Assembly (NCBI GenBank): GCA_049512075.1
Contig: JBEKXL010000027.1
Coordinates: forward strand, 1 to 26,955
Length of the DNA: 26,955 nt
Reading direction: 5' to 3'
Source: Candidatus Bathyarchaeia archaeon
GTDB lineage: Archaea > Thermoproteota > Bathyarchaeia > Bathyarchaeales > Bathycorpusculaceae
Both the position numbers and the translations under genes were made by a program. This document shows, piece after piece, positions 1-9,008 of this stretch. Within the stretch, counting starts at the first letter, position 1; each line of letters opens with the position of its first letter. Under the pieces are notes generated by a model that ran no database searches, was not told where the DNA came from, and worked only from the letters and a program-made list of their open reading frames with translations.

Positions 1-120
1 CATCCGAGCGACTTCTGGGTGAGGCGTGGTCTTCCTTGGCTGCGTCGAATCTAGGTCTCGTAAGGAGGGAAAAGTCGTAACAAGGTGGCCGTAGGGGAAC
101 CTGCGGCCGGATCACCTCCT
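1..120 (+). rRNA. rrs: 16S rRNA, 3' end (partial)
   Basis: Contains AAGTCGTAACAAGGT, helix 45 (GGCCGTAGGGGAACCTGCGGCC) and the anti-SD end GGATCACCTCCT finishing at 120; archaeal type. Confidence 0.97.
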
Positions 121-274
121 ATGTAAACAGCCTTGCAAATCGACTGGAGGAGAAAGCAGGGTGAACCACAAAAAAAGCCAAAGCCCAAATCGCAGTCACC
201 TTGTCAACAGAATGCCACGCTCTCCCAGATTGTAGGTTCTCCTTTAAATGAATCAGCATCGTCGACAGCCATGG

Positions 275-2332
275 CTAATCGTGGGAGATTCCGCCTTTGT
301 TGAAAGGAATGTACTCCCTCAGCTCCTCAATCGAAGCCTTAACTATTTTTTCTTGTAGCTTCCTGGGAATCTTGCTAGCCAAGACTTTCAGGACAAGTTT
401 CAGCAGTTCTTTGCCGGGCAGGTCTCCGGGCACGATTTTGACGTATGCCTCTGTTTTAGCCTTTACGGCGCCAATTGGTCCGCCGACAAACTGAAGCGCA
501 TCATTCGCATCAACCAGAATGCCGACAGCCAGTTCAAGCTTGACCCCTCGCATCCAGTTCCGCTGCCCGCGAACGACGAATGCGCCGTGTCCCACCGACT
601 CGCCAGAGGGCCCACCCTTGCTGAGCTGTTCAGGCTTGACCCAGTAGACGTCAACGCTTCCAAAACCTTCACGCCATGCTCTGGAAAATGCGGCTGCAAA
701 TTCAGCTGCTTCGCTCAAGCATTGCTGGTTAGGTTCCTTCGTTTCTGTCTTAACGACAACGAACGGTGCACCGACGATGTCGGCGTGAAAAACAACGTCA
801 CCGTCGCTGCTGTGGTTCTTGACGAGAACCTCGTTTGTAACCGCGTCTTTTCCAGCAACCACTAGGAATCCATCAGAGGAGACAAACCATCGGAACTTTT
901 CAAACCACTTCTTAGGCTTAATCTTGCGTCTTGTAAGTTCCTCCAACGCTTCAGCGGGTTTACCATGCTCCAATGCTTCTGCGTCTCGTATCTTTGCTTC
1001 AACACTTGCCAGTTGTTTGCAAGAATCTTCTAACGCGTTTCTCGCTCCTTTCATCTTCTGCTTGGTCTGTTTCGCCCGCTCATAAAACTCGCTTGCGTTC
1101 TCAAACAAGGTTTTGTGCGGATGCAATTCGAATCTCAAACCGTCAACGCTGACGGTGACAGTCAAACCCCTGTTGTCGATGGATTCGAAAATCGCGCTTG
1201 GCATCAGACCCTTCTGTTTTTCGGCGCAGACCCGTGCGACGACCGCCTTCAAATCTTCACCACTCTGTCTGCCGGTCAGTAACTCGTCGAATAAAGCTTG
1301 CAGTTCCCGGATGTGGGCGTAGACTGTGTCGCCGGTTCGTTTGTCCAGCTCAGTCTTTGCCTCACCCTCAGTCAAGAGTTTTTCCTGTTCAGCAATCATG
1401 CGTTTGAGCCTTTCAGCTTCGTTCTTCAGCTTGTCAACCTCTATTCCCGCCGTGGCCTCCTCGACAGCTGAGACTCGGGTGTAAAACTCGTCTAGAGCTT
1501 CATTGAAACTTTTATAACTCTGAAGTTGAACGTCTTCGCGTTCATATAGCCTGAGCTTGAACGGGACCACGTCAACCAACCCGCCATCCTCGCCCAAAAC
1601 AACACAGGGCTCTAATGTGCCGGTTGTGACCTGTTGGAGCAAACCCTGCAAGCTGCCGTAAATGGCTGCAACCTCGTCCAAGCTCAGCCCGTCACAACTC
1701 CTGGTCTTTTCTATGCTGGCTCTGACTAAGGCCTCTTCTGAGTATTCGCCGCCTATGCCCAGAAGACGTGCCAGCGCCCTGATTACCTCAACATTGCCGG
1801 AAGCCTTAAGCCCGCCAGACAATTCTTCAAGACTGATCCTTAACGGGTTTTTTCCACCTGAGGGCGCAAATTGAAAAGCTTCTCCGCGCAGTATGTTTCG
1901 ATCTCGCATGCGTTTGTAGGTTAGAGCCTGCAGTATCTTGTTGTCCTCGCCTACGAGGATAACGTTGCCATTGCCGAAGAACTCAAGAACCATTCTCAAA
2001 ACGCCTCCACTTGTCTTCAACGACAAGATGACTACTCTTTCAAACTCGTACTGCTCGACGCTCACCAAGCGAGCGTTCCGCAGGTACCCTCTCAAAGCCA
2101 TGCAAAATGCTGTTGGCCTAGGCGGCTTCTCCAGTGAATAAGCAGTCAAATGGAGGCGTCTGCCAGCTTTCAAAACCAACTGAAACGGTGGATGGTCAAC
2201 CTTATGCAACTTAAGCGTCAGAGTCTTCGGGTCTAGCTGGTAAACATTGTTGACGTGTGAACCTAAGATATGCTCTCTCAACTCGCGTACGGTTGCAGCA
2301 ACGTCAAAGCTCGTAAACTCCTTCTTGAGCAA
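275..2332 (-). CDS. rqcH: Ribosome quality-control protein Rqc2/RqcH (NFACT family)
   Basis: 685 aa, TTG start. NFACT-N (FTSFDV...VNNVYQ, P-F-M-LR, EFFGNGNVIL), coiled coils, NFACT-R (KWFEKFRWFVSSDGFLVVAGKDAVTNE, FHADIVGAP). Confidence 0.93.
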   Translation of the reverse strand: MLKKEFTSFDVAATVRELREHILGSHVNNVYQLDPKTLTLKLHKVDHPPFQLVLKAGRRLHLTAYSLEKPPRPTAFCMALRGYLRNARLVSVEQYEFERVVILSLKTSGGVLRMVLEFFGNGNVILVGEDNKILQALTYKRMRDRNILRGEAFQFAPSGGKNPLRISLEELSGGLKASGNVEVIRALARLLGIGGEYSEEALVRASIEKTRSCDGLSLDEVAAIYGSLQGLLQQVTTGTLEPCVVLGEDGGLVDVVPFKLRLYEREDVQLQSYKSFNEALDEFYTRVSAVEEATAGIEVDKLKNEAERLKRMIAEQEKLLTEGEAKTELDKRTGDTVYAHIRELQALFDELLTGRQSGEDLKAVVARVCAEKQKGLMPSAIFESIDNRGLTVTVSVDGLRFELHPHKTLFENASEFYERAKQTKQKMKGARNALEDSCKQLASVEAKIRDAEALEHGKPAEALEELTRRKIKPKKWFEKFRWFVSSDGFLVVAGKDAVTNEVLVKNHSSDGDVVFHADIVGAPFVVVKTETKEPNQQCLSEAAEFAAAFSRAWREGFGSVDVYWVKPEQLSKGGPSGESVGHGAFVVRGQRNWMRGVKLELAVGILVDANDALQFVGGPIGAVKAKTEAYVKIVPGDLPGKELLKLVLKVLASKIPRKLQEKIVKASIEELREYIPFNKGGISHD

Positions 2333-2368
2333 TTTGAATCACAGCAAGACTCTAATGGTCTTGAATTG

Positions 2369-2378
2369 TATAAATATA
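2369..2378 (-). promoter_or_regulatory. Putative TATA box of rqcH
   Basis: TATATTTATA on the minus strand, about 37 bp upstream of the start. Confidence 0.4.
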
Positions 2379-2618
2379 CAACTTTGACGGGCGCTAACAA
2401 GATTCTCTGACAGTGGCTTTTTTTCCAGAGCAAAAGTTGCGAGGAAAGGAAAGGTTTAAAGTTCACCTGTTTAAACTCTAATAACGACATCCAAAGAGGA
2501 ACCTAGACAAAGCAAACCAACCCATGAGTATCTCGAATGTAAAAGTTGACACCTAAACGCAACATGCAAGCCAAAAAAGTCCCATTCATAATGCAAGTTT
2601 AAGAGACGTGAAAAAACC

Positions 2619-3356
2619 ATGAAACCATTAGAAACCGTCTACTGGCTTAGACTTGCCTTTGGCATTCTAGCAGCCTTCTTGGCTGTGGGCTTCTTGGTAA
2701 TAGCAGGGACGGTTAACACAAACTTGGTGCTCAACCCATCAGTCGAAGTAGCAAACGCTGGAGCAACAGCACCACAAAATTGGTCCTCTTCGGGGAATGT
2801 AACGGAGTGGAGCACGACTTATGCCAGAACAGGGTCCAGAAGCCTAAGAATTGACGTTACTAACGCTACCGCGAGTTGGACAGGGCAGGTTGGGCAAATA
2901 TACGGTGGAAACGTGTACCACATAGATGGGTTCTTTTACGGGCAAGTTGTTAAGGGCCAATTCCTCTTAACAATCAGTTGGTTTTCAGACTCAGCAGAAA
3001 TTGATGACAATGTTGCCTTACCTGTGGCCAACTATGCAGGATGGCAACTGGAGGGAGGTACCTTCACTGCCCCGAGCGGTGCAAAGAGCTGCAAAATTGT
3101 TTTCAAAGCTGTAAATGGGTCTGGAGATCTGTATGGAGATGACTTTGAGGTTAGGCAAACAGAACCCGTACAATCGTTCTTCAACAGTGCGTCGATTGCG
3201 ATTATAGTCTACATCGCCTCATACTACGTTTTAAAGTCCAAGTTTGGCACCAAGGTGTCGAAGCCCCAGAAAATCCTTACAGCCGGAATAGGCATCTATA
3301 TTCTCGCATGGCTAGTCATCTGGGCCTTTTTGTACACGCTAGTGGCCGCGGCTTAA
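2619..3356 (+). CDS. Three-TM EMC6-like membrane protein with an inserted CBM4/9/16-like carbohydrate-binding module
   Basis: N-terminal TM (YWLRLAFGILAAFL) and two C-terminal TMs (SIAIIVYIASYYVLK...TAGIGIYILAWLVIWAFLYTL) resemble EMC6/Rab5ip. The central NLVLNPSVE...ARTGSRSLRI...GWQ...FTAPSGA...LYGDDFEV is a galactose-binding-like CBM pattern. Confidence 0.7.
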   Translation: MKPLETVYWLRLAFGILAAFLAVGFLVIAGTVNTNLVLNPSVEVANAGATAPQNWSSSGNVTEWSTTYARTGSRSLRIDVTNATASWTGQVGQIYGGNVYHIDGFFYGQVVKGQFLLTISWFSDSAEIDDNVALPVANYAGWQLEGGTFTAPSGAKSCKIVFKAVNGSGDLYGDDFEVRQTEPVQSFFNSASIAIIVYIASYYVLKSKFGTKVSKPQKILTAGIGIYILAWLVIWAFLYTLVAAA

Positions 3357-3829
3357 TCTTCTCCCTGTTCGAGGAAGTTCTCTATTGTTGCCTGACCCTT
3401 GTCAGTCGTGACAGTGTCAAGCTCTTCTCCTTCAGCAGTCCCCGCGTTCACCCCGTTTGCTTCAGGCACGCTAGCAACGTGTGGAATAGTGATTCTGCTG
3501 AGCACGCGCATACAGTCAGCCCACGCTGAGAAGAAACCTCGGTCGAAGTCTCCGTGAAGCCTGTTTCTCACGTGGTCCAAAAACTCGCGCCTATAACTGT
3601 GCAACGCCGCCTTATCGTCCAGGTCTACTTTTGAGAAGAAAGCGTACGAGTCTCCGTTCGCCTTGCGAGAGAGAAACATTCCGTACAAGGCTCTGAAGTA
3701 GCCGCGGTTCCACTCCGTCTTCTGCATTTTCTGTTTCAACCTTTCCAGCTCCCGCTCTGCCTCAGTGAACTGCCGGTTAACCAGCAGTTGAAAGAACCTG
3801 GTAACTAGAGCTGATTGAATAGGCATCAA
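3353..3829 (-). CDS. Hypothetical helical protein coupled to radA
   Basis: 158 aa; its start overlaps the radA stop (ATGA); helical N-terminal part and acidic tail. Confidence 0.8.
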   Translation of the reverse strand: MMPIQSALVTRFFQLLVNRQFTEAERELERLKQKMQKTEWNRGYFRALYGMFLSRKANGDSYAFFSKVDLDDKAALHSYRREFLDHVRNRLHGDFDRGFFSAWADCMRVLSRITIPHVASVPEANGVNAGTAEGEELDTVTTDKGQATIENFLEQGED

Positions 3830-4848
3830 TGACCACGAGACTTCTTTAACTCCTCTTCGGAAGTATCCTCTATCCCATTTTCCGTTACTTTAAATATTTC
3901 CTCTCCTTCAGGCAAATACGGACTTGAGACCAAACGTGCTATGCGAATAGGTCCGTGCGAAGCTCTCCTCAAGTAAACACGCGTGTGACTGGTGTGTCCA
4001 ACAATGTGGCCGCCGATAGGATACACCGCGTCTCCGAAGAACACGTCGGGCTTGGCCATAACCTGGTTCGTCACTACCGCCACGGCGTTAAACGCCCTGG
4101 CCAGACCGATGAGCTTGTGCATGTGTTTATTCAGGTTCTGCTGCCTAGGTGCCAGCATCTCACGCCCTATGTACTCGCTTCTGAAATGCGCCGTCAAAGA
4201 GTCGACAATTATGAGCCTCACGTTGTTGGCCTTAATAACCTCGTCAGCATTGTCGAGCAAGAACATTTGATGGTCAGACGTGTAGGCCTCAGCGTAAATA
4301 ATGTTCTTGGCAACCTGCTGGGGATCAAGTCCCAAATGCTTTGACATGGAAACTATCCTTTCAGTCCTGAACGTGTTCTCAGTGTCCACGTACAAAGCGG
4401 AACCACCCAGTCCGCCTCGTTCAGGGGGCAGCTGAACATTCACGCATAACTGATGGCAAATCTGACTTTTTCCAGTGCCATACTCTCCATAAAATTCTGT
4501 TATAGTCTGTGTCTCCAGTCCGCCATCGACAAGCCTGTCCACAACCTTACTTCCAGTCGTCAAACGCAGAACACTCTGCCGCATCTTAAGCAACTCGTCC
4601 GCTCGAATGAAAGAGACGCCGATGGACGAACGGGCAGTTTCAATTATGGCAAAAGCCTTTTTCTCGCTTATACCTGCAGGTTCGAGCTCCCGAGCCGTCG
4701 CCATAGCCAAGGACTCAATCGTGTGATAACCCATCTCCCGGAGTTTCTGCGCAGTAGCCGGGCCGACGCCGGGCAAATCCTCCAGAAACTCATACTTCTT
4801 CTTGGCCCCGTCCTCACTGCTCTTTTCCTCTTCTATTTCCTCCGCCAT
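3826..4848 (-). CDS. radA: DNA repair and recombination protein RadA
   Basis: N-terminal HhH (LEDLPGVGPATAQKL), Walker A GEYGTGKS, YVDTENTFR, Walker B LIIVDS, GGHIVGH. Confidence 0.98.
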   Translation of the reverse strand: MAEEIEEEKSSEDGAKKKYEFLEDLPGVGPATAQKLREMGYHTIESLAMATARELEPAGISEKKAFAIIETARSSIGVSFIRADELLKMRQSVLRLTTGSKVVDRLVDGGLETQTITEFYGEYGTGKSQICHQLCVNVQLPPERGGLGGSALYVDTENTFRTERIVSMSKHLGLDPQQVAKNIIYAEAYTSDHQMFLLDNADEVIKANNVRLIIVDSLTAHFRSEYIGREMLAPRQQNLNKHMHKLIGLARAFNAVAVVTNQVMAKPDVFFGDAVYPIGGHIVGHTSHTRVYLRRASHGPIRIARLVSSPYLPEGEEIFKVTENGIEDTSEEELKKSRGH

Positions 4849-5068
4849 GAATCTCTTGCCTTCTCACAGTTGATAGAACAGATGAACAAGCAATATTTAA
4901 AACAAGCGAACTGGAGCAAGGGCTATTCCGTGGAGAGATCGGTTAAAGTGAACTGCTGGAAGGGTTAGCTTTGTCAAGATTTCCCGTGGACTTTGATGAC
5001 TGTTCGAGATAAGATATAAGTACACGGATTTTTCATAGAAGCAAACTGAAGAGGGAAAAACTTTGGAG

Positions 5069-5947
5069 ATGGCAAAAATCGTGGAAGATGTTGCGTTTAA
5101 CATTCTGAAACAAGCCGTCATCTACCTGCCGGACGATGTTAAACAAGCGTTGAAGAAGGCCTATGCTGAAGAAACAAGCGAAACTGGCAAAACGCAGTTG
5201 AAAGCAATATTGGACAACATCGAACTCGCTGAAAAGTATCAAGCCCCAGTATGCCAAGACACGGGCACAATAATCTTCTATATCAAGGCAGGCGCAAAAG
5301 CGAAAGACATGGACAAGGTTGAAGCAGCACTGATAAACGCAACACGCAAGGCCACGAAAGAAATTCCGCTACGGCCAAACGCGGTAGACCCGTTCACAGG
5401 AAAGAACAGCGGAGACAACACTGGAAGATACATACCAGCTCTGAACTGGGAAATCGCACCAGGCGACGCCATAGAAATGACCGTGATGACGAAGGGCGGA
5501 GGCTCTGAAAACGTTTGCCTCGGAGGAATGATCGTTCCCGGTGAAGGAATAAAGGGACTGAAAAAATTCGTAGTCGATGCCGTAGTAAAGGCTGGAGCTC
5601 AGCCATGTCCGCCGAACATACTGGGCATCGCGATGGGAGGAGGAGCAGACATATCAATGAAACTGGCAAAGAAAACACTGTTACTGCCGCTGAATGAGCA
5701 TAATCAGGACCCGGAAATTGCAAAGCTTGAACAGGAAATCTTCGAAGCGGCAAACATGACGGGAATCGGGCCGATGGGACTTGGCGGGAAAACCACGGTT
5801 CTGGGAGTACACATCGACTACGCCTACAGACACCCAGCGTCTTTCCCTGCGGCCGTTGCCTTCAACTGTTGGGCTGCCAGACGAGCTTCTGCAAGAATCA
5901 AGGCCGATGGAACCGTCGAGTACTTAACACACAAGTTGAAGAAGTGA
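5069..5947 (+). CDS. Fe-S hydro-lyase (fumarate hydratase/tartrate dehydratase) alpha subunit
   Basis: PVCQDTG, KGGGSEN, GAQPCPP, GIGPMGLGG, CWAARR. ATG at 5069 preferred over TTG at 5063. Confidence 0.93.
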   Translation: MAKIVEDVAFNILKQAVIYLPDDVKQALKKAYAEETSETGKTQLKAILDNIELAEKYQAPVCQDTGTIIFYIKAGAKAKDMDKVEAALINATRKATKEIPLRPNAVDPFTGKNSGDNTGRYIPALNWEIAPGDAIEMTVMTKGGGSENVCLGGMIVPGEGIKGLKKFVVDAVVKAGAQPCPPNILGIAMGGGADISMKLAKKTLLLPLNEHNQDPEIAKLEQEIFEAANMTGIGPMGLGGKTTVLGVHIDYAYRHPASFPAAVAFNCWAARRASARIKADGTVEYLTHKLKK

Positions 5948-5958
5948 GGTGAAGAAAA

Positions 5959-6564
5959 ATGGCCGTATACAAATTTAAAACTCCAATCTCAGATGAGCAG
6001 ATAAGAAAGCTGAAGGTCAACGACGTACTCTACGTGACCGGGACCATAGTGACTGCAAGAGATCAAGCCCACAAGAGAGCTCTGGAATACTTCAAGGAAG
6101 GAAAACATATGCCAGTGAACCTTGAGGGATTAGCTGTTTTCCACTGCGGACCAGTAGTAGCGAAGCAGGGGGACAAATGGGTGGCAGTCGCAGCTGGACC
6201 GACGACAAGCACGCGTATGGACATCTTCGAAGATGAGTTCATAAAGGACTTCAAGGTTCGGGTTGTCATCGGCAAAGGCGGAATGGGAAAACGGACGACA
6301 GATGCCATGGCGAAATACGGTGCCGTCTACGGTGCCTTTACGGGCGGAGCGGCCGTGTTAGCCGCCAGAGCCATAAAGAACGTCAAGAGCGTGGAATGGT
6401 TCGACCTAGGGATGCCCGAGGCAATGTGGATCTTTGAAGTGGAAGAATTCGGTCCGCTCGCTGTGGCCATAGACTCCCATGGAAACAACCTGTTCACGGA
6501 CATTCAGAAGAGCGTTGAAGAAAACAAACAGAGGATCTATCAGAAACTTGGCATAACGCCATAG
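5959..6564 (+). CDS. Fe-S hydro-lyase (fumarate hydratase/tartrate dehydratase) beta subunit
   Basis: TARDQAHKR, HCGPVV, GPTTSTRM, IGKGGM, LGMPEA, IDSHGN; GAGGTGA RBS just upstream. Confidence 0.93.
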   Translation: MAVYKFKTPISDEQIRKLKVNDVLYVTGTIVTARDQAHKRALEYFKEGKHMPVNLEGLAVFHCGPVVAKQGDKWVAVAAGPTTSTRMDIFEDEFIKDFKVRVVIGKGGMGKRTTDAMAKYGAVYGAFTGGAAVLAARAIKNVKSVEWFDLGMPEAMWIFEVEEFGPLAVAIDSHGNNLFTDIQKSVEENKQRIYQKLGITP

Positions 6565-6688
6565 TTTCAACCCTGTTTTTCTGCTCAATGTTTGCGTTTC
6601 ATTTTTTTGATACCGAATCTGGATTCTGTTTCGCGTGTCGGAAGGTTTAATATTTCATTTTCGGTTCATTAAACATGAGAAATGAAAC

Positions 6689-7168
6689 ATGTTCAAACAA
6701 TTCAGAGACAAAGTAGCCCTTTCAGGAATCACCGTCCTACTCGTAGGAGTCGCCTTGTTGATATTCACATTCGTGAGCGCCTACGGATTCTTGGCGCAGA
6801 GCCTGTCAATAATATCTTCACAGGACCTGGTGCAAACGTTCGGCGCAGCTCTAGCCCCCCTCATAGCAACGTGCATACGCATAATGTACTTGGGGATAAT
6901 GGGTTGGATAGGCTCGCTCCTGACCATAAGGGGCATTACGATAATCGCACATCTTCCAGAAACGTCCGTGGCGACCGCTCAAAAGCAAGAGGCTAAGCAG
7001 GAACTGCAACCTCAGAAGACGAAAACCGAAAAACCACGGAAAGAATCAAGCCAACCAGAAGCCAAGCCCTCTGAACCAGAGTTTATGGTCATACCCCCAC
7101 AAGAAGTTTCACAAACGCCATCGCAGTCAGATCAACCAGAAAAGAATGAGTCACAATCGGCTGCTTAG
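6689..7168 (+). CDS. Hypothetical membrane protein (2 TM plus Q/E/K/P-rich tail)
   Basis: Two hydrophobic segments and a disordered C-terminus; TTTAATA-like box near 6646. Confidence 0.75.
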   Translation: MFKQFRDKVALSGITVLLVGVALLIFTFVSAYGFLAQSLSIISSQDLVQTFGAALAPLIATCIRIMYLGIMGWIGSLLTIRGITIIAHLPETSVATAQKQEAKQELQPQKTKTEKPRKESSQPEAKPSEPEFMVIPPQEVSQTPSQSDQPEKNESQSAA

Positions 7169-7200
7169 AACTGCAAGGCAAACGTCAACAAGGAGTCACC

Positions 7201-7995
7201 ATGAAAGTACCTATCCGCATGATAACTGTAGCCACATCATTCTTCTGGATTATCCTAATCATCTTCTCGGTATCCGCCATCTACTCCATGAAGGACATTC
7301 GCCTAGATCTGGGCAGACCGCAAATCACGATAACACCGGACAATGAACTCGTGCTTAGCTTTCCCATCGGAATTGTGAACAATGGCTACTACAACTTGGA
7401 CGATTTAAACATTTCAACCGAAATCCAAGACGTACAAAACTCGACAATGGCCCAAGGGTTCACGTTCATACCGGTCATAGAAAAAGCCGAAACCTTAAAC
7501 ACTACGCATCAGATGAGAATCAACCTCACAGACACGCTGCAGACCCACCAATACCTCATATTCAACGACACAGAACTACAAGTTCCTGCAACGGTTACGA
7601 TGAAAGCCGCAGAGCTGATTTCACTCCAGGTCTCTTCGAATCTAACGATTCCCTGGGGTGCACCCCTGTACAATCTCACGTTTGGAACACCAAAATTCAC
7701 ATTGCAAATCAGCCCAAACTCCACGAGATTCTACAGAGTAACTATTCCAACGGCGTTTGAGAACCACGCTTCCTTCGACCTAAACGGAACAATCCAGCTA
7801 GGCACTTACAACAACAGAAACATCCTGACCTGGACAGCAAAAATTGTCCTCAATGCCCCACGGCAGTCAACCTATCAGGCAGACTTAAACCTTGATGTTC
7901 CTGTAGCGGACGTTTCCACAAACGGACGTTTTGAAGCTTTTTTTGAAACGTCTTTTCTCAATTATGGACCGTTGGTGATTCCCTATGGCAGCTGA
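7201..7995 (+). CDS. Hypothetical membrane-anchored extracellular beta-rich protein
   Basis: AGGAG RBS; N-terminal TM anchor; many N-x-S/T sequons; beta-sandwich-like composition. Confidence 0.8.
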   Translation: MKVPIRMITVATSFFWIILIIFSVSAIYSMKDIRLDLGRPQITITPDNELVLSFPIGIVNNGYYNLDDLNISTEIQDVQNSTMAQGFTFIPVIEKAETLNTTHQMRINLTDTLQTHQYLIFNDTELQVPATVTMKAAELISLQVSSNLTIPWGAPLYNLTFGTPKFTLQISPNSTRFYRVTIPTAFENHASFDLNGTIQLGTYNNRNILTWTAKIVLNAPRQSTYQADLNLDVPVADVSTNGRFEAFFETSFLNYGPLVIPYGS

Positions 7996-8434
7996 TACAC
8001 GCACGACCCTGAAAAAGAGACGCATGATTCTGCGCAGAGCCTTGAAAGCAACAGTGGAGGGAGTGGTCCTCTATGTCGTCTACTTTCTTCTGTCTCAGTT
8101 CTTGGCTCCGCTTTCCGAGTTTGTTCCTGGCTTTCAACAGATGGTTGAAACGTTCGTCATGGTCTACATTGTCCTAATAATCATAGCTGAGCTCACTGCG
8201 GGCTCAATCTTTCAGCACTTCTTCAACGCTGCCAAGGCCTTGTTCATAATCGCCTACCTGATGGTTGCGTTGGGGACCGGAATATTCAGCATGACCATTC
8301 AGGGTATGAACTTCGTAGTTGACATCCACTTGTTTCTACTCATTGCAATGCTGTTAGCCCTGCTGGGGTTAGCAAAATCCGTCATTCAAACTATAGATTA
8401 CATCAACGAAAAAACAGAACTCGCACTCACCTAA
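7985..8434 (+). CDS. Hypothetical 4-TM membrane protein
   Basis: Overlaps the previous gene; GGTGA RBS; four hydrophobic helices. Confidence 0.8.
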   Translation: MAADTRTTLKKRRMILRRALKATVEGVVLYVVYFLLSQFLAPLSEFVPGFQQMVETFVMVYIVLIIIAELTAGSIFQHFFNAAKALFIIAYLMVALGTGIFSMTIQGMNFVVDIHLFLLIAMLLALLGLAKSVIQTIDYINEKTELALT

Positions 8435-8472
8435 TGCACGTTCCACGAAAACAAGCTCACGGAAGATTTGTG

Positions 8473-8949
8473 TCACAGTTTCTTGCTCACCATGTAGGCG
8501 TCTTCTCCGTCAGCATAGTAGCCTCGAATGGAGCGGGAAACTTCCAACCCTAGTTTCTTGTATAGACTAACCGCTTCCTCGTTTGTCACCCTGACTTCTA
8601 AGTAGCATTGTTTCGCTCCGTACATCCGCATGCCTTCCATGGCTTTTGTGACCAATGCTCCTCCTATGCCCTTGTGTCTGTATTCGGGCATGACCGCAAC
8701 CGAAACAACGTGTCCTTTCTTGACTAAACCTGGCAGTCCGATATTTGACAACCCGACCTCGATACGACACATAATATAGCCAACAATGTTCCCGTTTTCC
8801 TCGGCGACGATGAAAGTCTCAGGAAATCTGCGATACAAATCTACAAAGAAGAAGTCCGTGTAGTTTTCTGGAAGACAGATCTGATTGATGTGTGTAACAC
8901 CTGCCAGGTCGTTCATCGTGAATTTGCGCAGTTCGAAGACGTCTTGCAC
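8473..8949 (-). CDS. rimI: N-terminal acetyltransferase, Ard1/RimI GNAT family
   Basis: CLPENY, GHVVSVAV, acetyl-CoA motif YRHKGIGG, YLEVRVTN, YYADGEDAY; GTG start with AGGAG RBS. Confidence 0.92.
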   Translation of the reverse strand: MQDVFELRKFTMNDLAGVTHINQICLPENYTDFFFVDLYRRFPETFIVAEENGNIVGYIMCRIEVGLSNIGLPGLVKKGHVVSVAVMPEYRHKGIGGALVTKAMEGMRMYGAKQCYLEVRVTNEEAVSLYKKLGLEVSRSIRGYYADGEDAYMVSKKL

Positions 8950-9008
8950 GTTGTCAGGCTCCTTTTATCTTGAGGCAAGTTTCACAGTGCCTTAAACACT
9001 TTTCCTTT

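Noticed and set aside
121-274. tRNA-Ala or 23S start after the 16S
   Set aside because: No cloverleaf or T-loop GTTCRA and no 23S 5' sequence.
297-2490. Many short ORFs overlapping rqcH
   Set aside because: Antisense or off-frame shadows with no motifs.
3826-4848. Intein in RadA
   Set aside because: Normal length (340 aa) with an uninterrupted Walker A region.
4453-4968. 171-aa plus-strand ORF
   Set aside because: Mostly antisense to radA; not protein-like.
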